A DNA stretch of 51,674 nucleotides, counting the filler, from Catajapyx aquilonaris (Eukaryota), in the NCBI GenBank assembly GCA_000934665.2. It is 3 parts of 3 records of this genome, joined end to end, with 100 filler letters (N's around TTAATTAATTAA, not from the genome) between each part and the next. Parts side by side here need not be neighbours in the genome. Positions count along the whole stretch, not along the records: positions 1 to 17,165 come from JYFJ02007014.1; 2 more parts are not named here. One strand, given 5' to 3'. This document shows, one piece after another, positions 1 to 12,143 of this stretch (position 1 is its first letter; each line of letters begins with the position of its first letter). Below the pieces are notes generated by a model. The model had not been told where the DNA came from. It saw only the letters and a program-made list of their open reading frames with translations, and searched no databases. The position numbers and the translations under genes were made by a program.

Positions 1-10
1 TACACAGTTC

Positions 11-106
11 CCAATGGTGGTATTTCCACCCCCCTAAAAACCCAACAGGTCACAGCGGGGTAAAAATAATAATAATAATAATTATTATTATTATTATTAT
101 TATTAT
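11..106 (+). mobile_element. 3' end of a SINE/LINE-type element with (AAT)n tail, followed by (ATT)n
   Basis: 11-62 (ccaatggtggtatttccacccccctaaaaacccaacaggtcacagcggggtaa) closely matches the reverse complement of the SINE 3' end at 13181-13235. An (AAT)n/(ATT)n microsatellite follows. Confidence 0.65.
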
Positions 107-200
107 GAACACTAATATTACTGCCAATGACATCAATTGAACACAAATCGAATTATCAATCATATCATATATATCAACAGACAATATACCTTACAAGCAG

Positions 201-329
201 CAGTGCCGGTCGCCGGATTTCCCAAAAGGCAAAGTAGGCAAACGCCTAGCGAGGCAAAATCTTTAGGGGCGGCAAATTTATATTTTATTTTTTATTAGGC
301 ATGGGGGGGGGGGGGGNTGCACGGCCCTG
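201..329. mobile_element. Degenerate hAT-like MITE
   Basis: Imperfect inverted ends cagtgccg...cggccctg. TSD not clear. Confidence 0.3.
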
Positions 330-1577
330 TAGTGAACAGTTATGGTATGTGAAAGTGCATTGAGAATGTGGAGGTCCAAATGTTACAAAGATTTTTAAAA
401 AAAGAAACAAATGCAAAAGGATGGGAAATTACATATGACACAGTACGTAACACAGTTCGGAAAAGGAGAGCAACGACAGGTTGCCTCGACCTGTGACCTT
501 TCCCTGTGGGACCTTCCCGGGTCCAGATGATCCCTAGGAGGCAGAGATATAAGGCTGGATTCCCTTGATCGAACAGGGAACAATGGGAAAGGAATGGAAG
601 CCATCTTGGAAAGAAAGAGTATCGATACGACGAGTGTGACGTCACGTATCGATATATTTTGAATTCGGGCGGGTTCTCGTTTACTACGGTTCCCCCCCCC
701 CNNGTTCCCCCCCCCCCCCCCCTTTTCGCATCTGCGCCAAAGGATGACCTCGGAGGTCAAGTCCAATGTGCTACAAACCTTCCCTGCTATAAACTACCCC
801 TAATGGTGCCCCTGGGGCATACGTCGAGGTCACCGTGTTGATTTGCATCGGTATCTAGGGGATATACTGTACAGTGTGCAGTAGGCCTACAGTACTGCAC
901 TAGACGTATCAGTATCGAACAAAGTTTACAACTGAGATTTTGCACTTAATGCTTTTCTAATTGGATCTTGTCATCGAAGTTCACAGCCGTAACAAGCCAC
1001 TTTTCTTTAATTTAACTATTTGAGAGGTTAATAAAGAATAGATTATTATGTGTCCATAATGTTACGTCTTGGTCTTTTTTGAACCACAAGGTCGCGTCCC
1101 ATTTAGAATAATTCGACAGCAAGTTCTTTAGTGACAACCTCTGCCTAACACAAGGGAAATCCGAAATTATTAGAATTTTTACAATCAAGTGGTATTACTG
1201 AAATTATCTCATTCTTAGAATTACAAGTCAATAAATAAATGTGTTCGATATCTAGATGGTCACGTTATTACCTTCAAAGTCCTCCAGGGATTTGCATCAG
1301 GTTGCCTTCCCATCAATAACGCAGTCACATAATTACGCAGAACCAATAATATTATTATTTCGTCAATTATTGGGGTTTTAATGATTTATGGCGTCGCATT
1401 TCCAGTGCAGCTATAGTAGAATTGACTCAGTAGTGCATATGCATTGATCTCATCAGGGCGCAGTTTCCTTCGCATCCCACTCATAGCCATTACCTCATTT
1501 GCAGTGATTATTATTATCGGCATCTGAATAACTCTTTAGAGACAAAATTCATTTCAAACTGTCTTATTCACAAAACC

Positions 1578-3491
1578 ATGAAGCAGTTAATTCTTGCAAC
1601 AGTTATCTTGGTGGTTACTAACATAGGTGCAGCTTTGATGTTGTTCCACGACAAAGGTAATACTGATGGAATAATTCCAACTTTCATGACTGCACTCCTG
1701 CGAGACAATCACATTCTGGACATTGAGTGTCCGGTGGTGGTTGCCCATGACGTTGGAGGGAACATCCCAAAAGTGTTGCAGACTTTCTTCTCAAACATGT
1801 CCTCTACTGGACGACCTCTCCTGATCACGAGCATGTCCCGAAGTGCCTGGAATTGTGATGACCCACCATCACCTTCTGATGAAGTGGTTTCCAGCACTTT
1901 CCAAGAGGACCTCAGGGTGGTCAAGTGCGCATTGTTTCTGGTGGTGACCTGCACCCAAAATCACGAGGACATGATGGACCAACTTCTGGACTCTGAGGAA
2001 GGTCTTCTGGAGGCGAGGACGACCAAGGACAGATTCGTGCTGTGGGTTCGGGATTCTCCAAAAGAAGAGGATGAGGAGGAGGAGGACCATCTCCTCCAGA
2101 GACCATGGTCCAAGATCAAGTTCAAGGTGGCGGTTGCTCCTTCCCAAAATGGGACTGTCCTCTGCAAATCAGTCTGTTTCTATTGCAATGGTGGGGAGCC
2201 ACAAACTGAATTATTCTCAGTGTCAGAGGACACACTTGGGTCTGAATTGATTTTTAAGGATACTGCCCAAAATTTCAATGGAAGGTTTCTAAAAGGCGTT
2301 TTCATGTGGGAAGGCAATTCCACAATGTGCAGCACCTCTGAAGAGGAGTACCCACAAATCTGCTTCTTGGGAAAAGCCCTCAATTTCAATTGGCAGGTAG
2401 ATTACATTGATTTCGAAGCCATTACGAAAGACGTAGGGGAAATGATGCAACTTCTGGATGACTTTCATAAAGAAAAAATAGCATTTATACCATACATTCC
2501 TGTAATAGAAATGCTCTGCAAAGCAGTATCTTTTGTAGCACCGTATGATATTGTCAGAGTCACATTTCTTGCTCGATTACCACACTCGATAATTACTCCT
2601 TTAATTATGGTCATGCCTTACACACTGACTGGTTGGAGTGTCTCCATTGCTTCATTCATTATTTCCGTCGGATTTTTATCATTGCTTTCAAAAATCCGGA
2701 TAGGACACTCTAAAAATTTCCCTCCTTTCAGATCGGTGTTAGCTATATCATCATATCTCTCGAAAATTGTCCTGGAACAAAGTGTGCCATATCCAAAGTT
2801 ACATTCTTGCAAAGCATTCGTTTTATTGTGGATATACTTCTGCGTTGTTATTGTCACAGGATACAGAAGTAAGCTCTATGATTTACTAGTGTCTCCTCCT
2901 AAAGAAATAATTCCACGTACCATTGACGAGCTAAGGAGATCCACTTTCTCTATTAAAACTACTGCAGGGTTTTTGGAACTCCTTCGTACTGCTGATTCAG
3001 ATGTTTTAGACGAATACAATGATTTAATATCTAAAATGACCACTGTAAAGAAAAAAGATGATTGCATTGAGGACCTTTTTACTGCTGACACTGTATGCTT
3101 TGAATGTGATGCTCTGTTGAGAGATCTTGCTCTTCTAGCGGACGATCACGGTGAGACCAAAACATTCATCTCCTCCGACAGTCTTTTCGTTTTCTTTAAA
3201 TCAGTGATCGTGATTAAAGACAGTTTATATGCCGATAACTTTAATAAGTGGTTGCAGATTTATAATAGCATTGGATTGCAACACCATCGAGCTGATATCT
3301 ATGAGAATTTCCTAAAGTTATCCAGTGCAGCTGAGCAAAAAAGAAGAGGCAATCTTGATTACTTCTTGTTAACAAAGAGTACACTATTCACTTGGCACAA
3401 CGTTGAGGGCTCTTTCGACATTTTATTTTTTGGCAGCACATTGGCTTCGTTAATATTTTTGGCTGAATTGTGCCTCCGGAAGCAGCTGTAG
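1578..3491 (+). CDS. Divergent ionotropic receptor (variant iGluR family), intronless, 637 aa
   Basis: Uninterrupted ORF with a signal-peptide-like N-terminus. Segments in order: S1-like ALNFNW..VSFVAPY, M1 after MPYTLTGW, pore-like segment ending LEQS, M2 LWIYFCVVIVTGYRSKL (equivalent of SYTANL), PRTIDEL at the start of S2, and final TM NVEGSFDILFFGSTLASLIFLAE. Single-exon structure is typical of divergent arthropod IRs. Confidence 0.92.
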   Translation: MKQLILATVILVVTNIGAALMLFHDKGNTDGIIPTFMTALLRDNHILDIECPVVVAHDVGGNIPKVLQTFFSNMSSTGRPLLITSMSRSAWNCDDPPSPSDEVVSSTFQEDLRVVKCALFLVVTCTQNHEDMMDQLLDSEEGLLEARTTKDRFVLWVRDSPKEEDEEEEDHLLQRPWSKIKFKVAVAPSQNGTVLCKSVCFYCNGGEPQTELFSVSEDTLGSELIFKDTAQNFNGRFLKGVFMWEGNSTMCSTSEEEYPQICFLGKALNFNWQVDYIDFEAITKDVGEMMQLLDDFHKEKIAFIPYIPVIEMLCKAVSFVAPYDIVRVTFLARLPHSIITPLIMVMPYTLTGWSVSIASFIISVGFLSLLSKIRIGHSKNFPPFRSVLAISSYLSKIVLEQSVPYPKLHSCKAFVLLWIYFCVVIVTGYRSKLYDLLVSPPKEIIPRTIDELRRSTFSIKTTAGFLELLRTADSDVLDEYNDLISKMTTVKKKDDCIEDLFTADTVCFECDALLRDLALLADDHGETKTFISSDSLFVFFKSVIVIKDSLYADNFNKWLQIYNSIGLQHHRADIYENFLKLSSAAEQKRRGNLDYFLLTKSTLFTWHNVEGSFDILFFGSTLASLIFLAELCLRKQL

Positions 3492-4542
3492 ACTGCACCA
3501 AACGGTATTGCGAACAAACACTTGGGGATTGAAAAATCAAGTTATTCCACAATCAGGTTCGCATCGTAATTGGGAGCAGCTGAAAAACGTCATATAATTT
3601 CAAAAACAAAAAAATATATGCTTCAAATTTCCCCCCCCCCCCATTCTCACATATTTTGGTAGCAGATTTGGACTTTAGTGCACCGGTATAAGTAAAGCTC
3701 TGAATGACTTGTTCAATTTTATATGAATTTTTGTGCATAAAATTTTACGGTCGGTTTTACTTTTTGGAATACGTTTCTTATCTATCGACAACCTAATTGG
3801 AGGCAATGCGAAACAGTGATAAATTACGCATGAAAATTGGCGAAATTATTATGCCACTTTCTGGGAAAACAAATCAATGAATGATTGCTCGATAGGAAAG
3901 TCGTGTCATGTTGACCCATCTTTGGCCCATCTTTTTACACGTCCTATGGCCATATATTAATTCCAAGCCTGCTTCGACCACACTAACCGAGGCGTGATTA
4001 GTAAGCACAGATGAGGTAATGAAAAATACATCGGCTTATTGTTTTCAATTATACTAGACACAATGCTGCCTTGTCAAGTATTTGGATTTACGGAGGTAAT
4101 CAATACAATTTATTATTATTACAGTATAAGTGGTCGTATCCATGGAAACTCGCACTCACAACATTACTTCAATAGGTGACAGCAAACATGCCCAAATAAC
4201 CATTCAAATTGTGGCCTGGGCAGTCCATAAATCACATCGGTGAAGCAAAGGATAGTCGATGGCAATGACGATCAATGTAATTATTATTTTAACGGACGAG
4301 TTGTTTAGTTATAGGGTGGAAACAGGCCAGGTCAAAGTCAGGGAGTGGCCTCTGTCCACCAATTAATCCATCTCGAGATCATACTTTATGACCTTCCTGT
4401 CGCAATGTGACAGCATTTGGACAACGATTACATTGTGGACAATGTGTGGTCATCGATTTCATCATCTGCGCACCACAGTATTGGTTTGCAAGATAATGAT
4501 TACGTGGCAGTTGCACCATTGTAGTTGAGTGGTCAAGAAGTC

Positions 4543-6216
4543 ATGTTGAGGGTAGGGTCAAATAGAGTGATTCAATTGGGGGAAGGGAAGGCGCCAGAAG
4601 AAAATTCAAAGAAGAACAATGCATTTTGGGAAGTGTTGAGACCAGTGGCCATCTTGTCAGTGGTCGGAGGAATCGCTCCTTTTCCGTGGCCCAAGAAAGA
4701 AGAGGACTTAAGGAGGAACAAGTGGTACAGGCGGTGGCCAACAATGATTCATTTTGCACTATTCGCAGCATATATCGCCATATTTGTGTGTAATCCTCCA
4801 ATAGAATGGGTGGGACAATGGGAAAGTCCAACGCAAAGAGTCTCGTTTTCAATAACTGAGTCGGTTTTGAATGTTGGCCCATGGATCAACTTCATTTTGA
4901 TCCAAACGAGAGTGCCTGCCATCTGGAAGTTGATCCATCGCTTTTCACACCAGAACATGGAAAGTCATAAGAAGAAACTTCGAATTTATGCAATCCTAAT
5001 GGTGATATATTGTGTGTCCCTTCCCCCATTATTTGAGGCTGACGTGATTGTCGAGCTCGCTCAGGAGACAAGATCACTTACAAAAATAATTCACAGTCTT
5101 TTCATTATGCATTCCATCTACTTGCAAGTCGTGATTCTCATTCAGCTGACGTTTCTGGTGCTCGTTCACCTGTCGCGCGTCGAGGATTTCAACAATGAAG
5201 TGATCAGTATGTGTCGTTTACTTTGCACGTCAAGTGAAGAGGCGCAGAATGATATCAACATGATCCGGAACATGAGATATTCCACTGATCTATATCACGA
5301 GCTGGGTCTCCTGGTGGACATGATTGACGACACTTACGGGATATTCATCATGACTACCTTTCTTATCTCTGTCACATGGAGCACAAGCTCCCTCTTTTAT
5401 TTGCTTATTATTTCCACGGAGCCGCCCATGTCAACTGGAATGGGACTTGTTGCCGTCACTGCATTGGCATCTTCCCTGGTTGCGTTCTCCAGTATTCTAG
5501 GATCCATTCAAAAGAAGGTAGAGAGTGTTACTGACAATAATAAAGACACAGCAAAAGGCATTGCCTTCTCATTGTTTAATTGGCTGTTACGCAATACAAC
5601 TTCAGCCATAGCCATTCCGTATGCTCACAAATGGCTAAAATTGACTGACAAAATATGCAATGTTGTTGTCCTGTTTAAAGTGCTTATTGTCAACCTGATT
5701 ACACTTTTAAACATTACTAATGTAAATTGTAGTAAAATATTGGTTTTCCAGAGCACCAGATCACTTCCCTACCTGATAAAAGCGAACCGTGAAGTGACCA
5801 ATCCACGCCTCAAATCAGATGTAAGTGTGTTTGTCAATATTATACCCTTCACATATTATCCACCTTGCATGCAGCACAATCAAAAAATAATCATGCGTGA
5901 TATTTTCGATAAAATATAGGTTATTATTTTTCTTTCAGATTGAATCACTAATCTGGAAGATGATAGGTCCTCCCATGGAAATAACTGCGGCCAGTTACTT
6001 CACGGTCAATCGCGGCCTGTTGACCTCCGTGAGTTGTGTTTTCGTGTAACTATTCCTAACGACGCATTGGATGTAACCTATGTGAACATTACTGTATGTT
6101 ATTTGAAGGTTGCCGGTGCTGTGACGACGTACCTGATAGTCCTGGCTCAGTTCAAAGCAGCAGAAGATGTGAAGGATGATGTCACGGCAACAATGGAAAG
6201 CACAACACCTTCGTGA
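4543..6216 (+). CDS. Gustatory receptor (7TM chemoreceptor), copy 1, about 413 aa
   Basis: Exons 4543-5517, 5752-5820, 5939-6028 and 6109-6216, with GT..AG phase-0 introns. The C-terminus reads ITAASYFTVNRGLLTS|VAGAVTTYLIVLAQF, containing the GR TYhhhhhQF motif. The tracked ORF 4525-5919 simply reads through introns. Confidence 0.93.
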
Positions 6217-6725
6217 TGGTGACAACACACAGATCGCGTTCGGTAAAACAAATGTGCACCTGTGTTCAATAATATTTTATTAGGATATAGGGTGCTTCGT
6301 TGGTGAAAATAATATTCTCTCAGATGCTCTTTCAACTATGGAGAAGTGCCCAGTCTGTTGTGGCAATGGTTTGACTTTGGCCTAATATTCCATTCGTGAC
6401 TACATGACGACATGACCACATGACACTCAGTTTATGCCTCACTTTTAATTTTTTAAAGCACAAACTTAGCATTCAAGGAAATGGTGTTTAATGAAGGAGG
6501 TGGGAAATATGAAAGCCATGATGGTTGCTGCAGTCCGTTAACCCAAAGACCGATATGATGTCACACCAGCCGTGTTTTCTGAGCGTGTGCATGACCATCC
6601 ACCAGTGCTGTGTCACAATATTCAAGCCACACATCACGAGAAAGCCTGATTTAAGAAGTCTAGCAGCTGACGTGGGAGGCCTAATCAATATACGGTACTG
6701 TATGATATTTACTCCCACCGTATAA

Positions 6726-6874
6726 GGCCATTTCACAAAAAAATGTCGCGCGTTGCGGCAAATTTTTTATTTATATTTATTGTTGCCAATTGTTGGCAAT
6801 AATAAATATAAATAAGAAATATGCCGCAACGCGCGCCGTTTTCCGCGCGATGTTTTTTTTTTTGTGAAATGGCC
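6726..6874. mobile_element. Palindromic MITE, PIF/Harbinger-like
   Basis: Terminal inverted repeats (TIRs) ggccatttcacaaaaaaa...ttttttgtgaaatggcc. Almost the whole element is self-complementary around ttgccaattgttggcaa. Left flank is TAA; the right TSD is imperfect. Confidence 0.65.
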
Positions 6875-7456
6875 TTTACCTTGGGAACATCTACGGTACT
6901 ACTTTTAAAAAGTCTAAACATTCTGACCGTATGTTTTGTCTAGCAACTGGGACAACAATATTACCTCCAACAAGATGGCGGCCGCCTCACAATTATTCAG
7001 GCCTACAGTAACTCCTCTAGGTATATTATTATATAATAGCAGAACTCTTTGCTCACAACATACTTCAATAGGTGACAGCAAACATGCCCAAACAACCATT
7101 CAAATTGTGGCCTGGGCAGCCCATAAATCACATCGGTGAAGCAAAAATGGTGACACTCGCAAATGATAGTCGATGGCAATGACGATCAATGTAATTATTA
7201 TTTTAACGGACGAGGTGTTTAGTTAGGGTGGAAACAGGACAGGTCAAAGTCAGGGAGTGGCCTCTCTCCACCAATTAATCCATCTCGACATCATAATTTA
7301 TGACCTTCCTGTCGCAATGGGACAGCACCTCTCGACAACGATTATATTGTGGACAGTGTGTGGTCATCGATTTCATCAACTGCGCACCATAGTTTTGGCC
7401 TCCAAGATAATGATTACGTGGCAGTTGCACCATTGTAGTTGAGCGGTCAAGAAATC

Positions 7457-9149
7457 ATGTTGAGGGTAGGGTCAAATAGAGTGATTCAATTGGGGGAAGG
7501 GAAGGCGCCAGAAGAAAATTCAAAGAAGAACAATGCATTTTGGGAAGTGTTGAGACCAGTGGCCATCTTGTCAGTGGTCGGAGGAATCGCTCCTTTTCCT
7601 TGGCCCAAGAAAGAAGAGGATCTGAGAGGAAAGTGGTACAGACGGTGGCCAACAATGATTCATTTTGCACTATTCGCAGCATATATCGCCATATTTGCGT
7701 GTAATCCTCCAATGGAATATGTGGGACAATTGGAAAGTCCAACGCAAAGAGTCTCGTTTTCAATAGCCGAATCGGTTTTGATAGTTGGTCCTTGGATTAA
7801 CTTCATTATGATCCAAACGAGAGTGCCTGCCATCTGGAAGTTGATTCATTGCTTTTCACAGCAGATCGTGAAAAGCCAGAAGAAGAAACTTCGAATTTAT
7901 TCAATCCTGCTGGTGATATATTGTGTATCCCTACCCCCATTACTTGAGGCTGAAGCGATTGTCGGGCTCGCTCAGGAGCCATCAGGATCACTTCTTACAG
8001 GAATAATTCACAGTCTTCTCATAATGCATCGCATATTCTTGCTGGTCGTGATTCCAATTCAGCTGACATTTCTGGTGCTCGTTCACCTGTCGCGCCTCGA
8101 GGATTTCAACAATGGAGTGATCAAAATGTGCAATTTGATCTACAAGTCTACTGAAGAGGAACAAAATGATGTAAACCTGATCCAGAACATGAGATATTCC
8201 GCTGATCTATATCACGAGCTGGGTCTCCTGGTGGACATGATTGACGACACTTACGGGATATTCATCATGACTGCCTTTCTTATCTCTGTCACATGGAGCA
8301 CAAGCTCCCTCTTTTATTTGCTTATGATTTCCAAGGAGCCGCCCATGTCAACTGGAATGGGACTGGTTGCCGTCATTGCATTGGCATCTTCCCTGGTTGC
8401 GTTCTCCAGTATCCTGGGATCCATTCAAAAGCAGGTAGAGAGTGTTACTGACAATAATAAAGTCACAGCAAAAGGCATTGCCTTCTCATTGTTTAATTGG
8501 CTGTTACGCAATACAACTACAACCATAGCCATTCCGTATGATCACAAAATAGCTAAAATTAATGTAACTACTGACAAAATGCAATGTTGTTGTCCTGTTT
8601 AAAGTGCTTATTGTCAACCTGATTACACTCTTATAGTAAATGTTATGTGTAAATAATTGTAGTAAAATATTGGTTTTCCAGAGCACCAGGTCACTTCCCT
8701 ACCTGATAAAAGCGAACCGCGAAGTGACCAATCCACGCATCAAATCAGATGTAAGTCTGTTTGTTAATATACCCTGCACATATTTTACACTTTATGCACC
8801 TTGCATGCAGCACCATCACAAAATCATGCGCGAGATCTTTCCATAAACTGTATGAGATCATTTGCTTTCAGATTGAATCACTAATCTGGAAGATGATAGG
8901 TCCTCCCATGGAAATAACTGCGGCCAGCTACTTCACGGTCAATCGTGGCCTCTTGACCTCCGTAAGTTGTGTTTCTGTGAAACTATTCGTTACTACACAT
9001 TGTATGTAACATATGTGAACATCACCGTATGTCATTTGAAGGTTGCCGGTGCTGTGACGACGTACCTGATAGTCCTGGCTCAGTTCAAAGTAGGAGAAAA
9101 GTTGGAGGATGCTGTCACGGCAACAATGGAGAACACAACACCTTCGTGA
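7457..9149 (+). CDS. Gustatory receptor, copy 2, about 414 aa
   Basis: Exons 7457-8434, 8682-8750, 8872-8961 and 9042-9149. Same phase-0 introns and TTYLIVLAQF motif as copy 1; frame intact. Confidence 0.93.
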
Positions 9150-12143
9150 TGGTGACAACACACAGATCGCGTTCGGTAAAACAAATGTGCACCCGTGTTC
9201 AATATTATTTTATTACTAACCGTAAGATGTAGGGTGCTTCGTGGGCGAAAATAATATTATCTCAGATGTTCTTCATCTATGGAGAAGTGCCCAGTCTGGT
9301 GTGGCAATGGTTTGACTGTTTGGGCTAAGTCCACGCGTGACTTACACGACATGACACTCAGTTTATGTCTAACTTTTAACTTAGCATTTAAGGAAAGGGT
9401 GTTTAAACATGTGCACTATGTATCTAAGTGTTAATTAATGTTTTGATTGTAACAGATGCACATTTCATTTGAGTTATACTGATAAATATATAGTAAAGGA
9501 ATGTGTGACTTACACGACAGGAAAGCCACTGGTAACAGAGGCTTCAACTACATTTATGACTTAAATCACCCAAATTAAAATATTATTATATGAACGTTGA
9601 AATGGCACACTACAGTCTTACTTAGGGGATACCGCCCCTAAAATACACAGATGCCTGCTTCAATAATGTATGATATATCCCCATTTTGCTCTCATGTGTT
9701 AATTCGAGACAGGAACAGGGTCTATCATGATTGTACATTGTCATTTCTCACACAGGGTGTTAAATAATGACTTTTTTCAGGACCAATTTTATTACAGGGA
9801 GAAAAACAGAGCTATTAACAGAGGAACATAATTATTGCAATTAATGGCACGTATGAGACGATGGGGGCCAATATCAGCCCCCGACTAATTTATTATTATT
9901 ACAGTAACTTGTACTTACACAATGTGAACGACACCAGGCTGCTGTCAGTAAAGCTATCATGACAAAAATGCAAATTAATGACACCAATATTGTTAAGGTG
10001 CAGGAACAAATTTAGCAATCTTTCAATTTTTCCGAAATTCACAGGCCCGTCTGACATACTGCAAATGGAAAATGCATTAAATTGCGAAAATAATTTTTGT
10101 ACTTTTTTGGCAGACGAAATCTTAAATGCTGAGAATATCATTCTAATGGCTATTTATAAACTCTGTTATCATATTATTTTCGCCAGCAATTTTCTTAGTA
10201 GATGGAAGCCACACGATAACGTCAAATGCACAGGAACAATAATTATTTTTGTCCACCAACCACGGGACCCGTCTTAATATTTCAGGCACTTCTTCTTAAG
10301 TGATGTGAAGACTTTCTGCCCAAATTAATTGCACCTTTTGGAGTACTTTAAAACTGGCGTAATATTATATGAGGTAGCCAAGGCAGCTACAATTTGTGCA
10401 GGAGTGTCTTTTCTGAGAGGAAATGATGACAGGTGAGATATAAATATCATGCATCAGTAGTTCTAGATTGCACAACGGTGCTTTCTACACACATATTAAA
10501 CGCGATTATTTGTCAATTACTTTATGCATAATTTACATCTGTGATTTTCATGTCAGACGTCCTAACTCTAGTACCATTACAGTGGTGCCTGACTCTCAAA
10601 TTGAGATGCTGACCTTGCTACTTTTACCCTAGATAGTCTACTGTTATGTATGTCAATGACCATGACATTTATTCTACGAGATACCTCTAAATATTTTAAA
10701 CTCGACTATATGAATAATTAATTTGTTTATAAAAATAAGAACTCCGCCTCTACAGTTGTGAAGCTTGCCTTGATACAATGTTACAAAAAGAGGTTGCAGA
10801 AGACTGACAATATGATTTCCTTATGGTGCACTTGAAACTTGCTTTAGCGACGTTTCGCTCTCATGTGTCTGAAGTTTGAACGTAAATATTGACCAAATAA
10901 TATTGCTTTGAAAATTGAAATTCCTTAGGCATACCTTTAATATAGTTTTTGAAAATGAGCCTAACTCCTCTGACTGCTCCACTCTATATTCCCATTTAAA
11001 TCTTTACATCGATTTACTTAGATTTCCTACCACCCACTCAATCGATGTATCGAGCCTTTCTTTTTACATGTCCTATGGCCATTAATTCCAGGCATGCTTC
11101 GACCACACTAACCGAGGCGTGATTTGTCAGCTCAGATGAGGTAATGAAAAATACATTGGCTTGTTGTTTCGATTACTAGATACAATGCAGCCTTGTCAAG
11201 TATTTGGATTTACGTAGGTAATCACTGCAATTTGTGGTCAGCGCACCGGTCCAGAGATAATAATGAGAATTGAGAAGCTCGGGGGCAAAAGTGCCTAAGT
11301 CCATTTTCTTCCTTTTTCACGAGAGGGCAAGAAAGCTTAGCGTTCATAATAGCTAGAATTAGCCACTTCTTCATGACTTCGGTAATTGATATGATCCGTG
11401 CCATTCCACTGGCAATAGTGCAGGAAATGTAGTCATAGCAGTTTTAGAGATGATGACAATAAACCATTTGGACTTAGCCAGTTGTGCAAAAAATTGCCTT
11501 ACTTCATAGTAGGAATAAACATTATATTCTGGATTTTGCCACGGAATAACGACTAATTGTAACATTTCCCATCAATTTATTAATCTAACTTACAATACAG
11601 GGTGTCCCACAAGGCCGGACCCATAGGTAATTCAATTGCATTGTTGGTTTCCAGTAATGTTCATGTTGTGCCAACTGCAAAAAATAATGCTAACTGTGCC
11701 AAGTCAACCTTAACTTACTGTCCTGCTAGTTGGATGGGTGCCCCCTAAAACCCCTTTGGGTTATAATGTGTTATGCAAAATCAACGATTTAAAAAAACAC
11801 TATTATATATCCTATTTTAAAATAAGGTGAAGCAAAAAAGGTGACACTCGCAAAGGATAGTGGTTGGCAATGACGATCAATGTTATTATTATTTCAAAGG
11901 ACGGGGTGTTCAGTTAGGGTGGAAACAGGCCAGGTCAAAGTCAGGGAGTGGCCTCTCTCCACCAATTAATCCATCTCGACACCATAATTTATGACCTTCC
12001 TGTCGCAATGTGACAGCATATCGACAACGATTATATTGTGGACATTGTGTGGTCATCGATTTCATCATCTGAGCACCAAAGTGTTGGCCTGAGATAATGA
12101 TTATGTGGTATTTGCACCATTGTAGTTGAGTGGTCAAGACATC

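Noticed and set aside
4525..5919. 464-aa single-exon GR as in the ORF track
   Set aside because: It starts at TTG and reads through introns. Splice sites conserved in the paralogues give a 4-exon model with the TM7 motif.
6971..6982. YY1/Pho-like motif caagatggcggc (similar motif near 21707)
   Set aside because: A short motif with no independent support, and not shared by the other GR upstream regions.
10848..10875. Possible hammerhead ribozyme (minus strand ..atgagagcgaaacgtcg)
   Set aside because: The CUGANGA core is absent and the stems do not form. The ctgatga at about 51021 lies within gag and lacks a matching GAAA.
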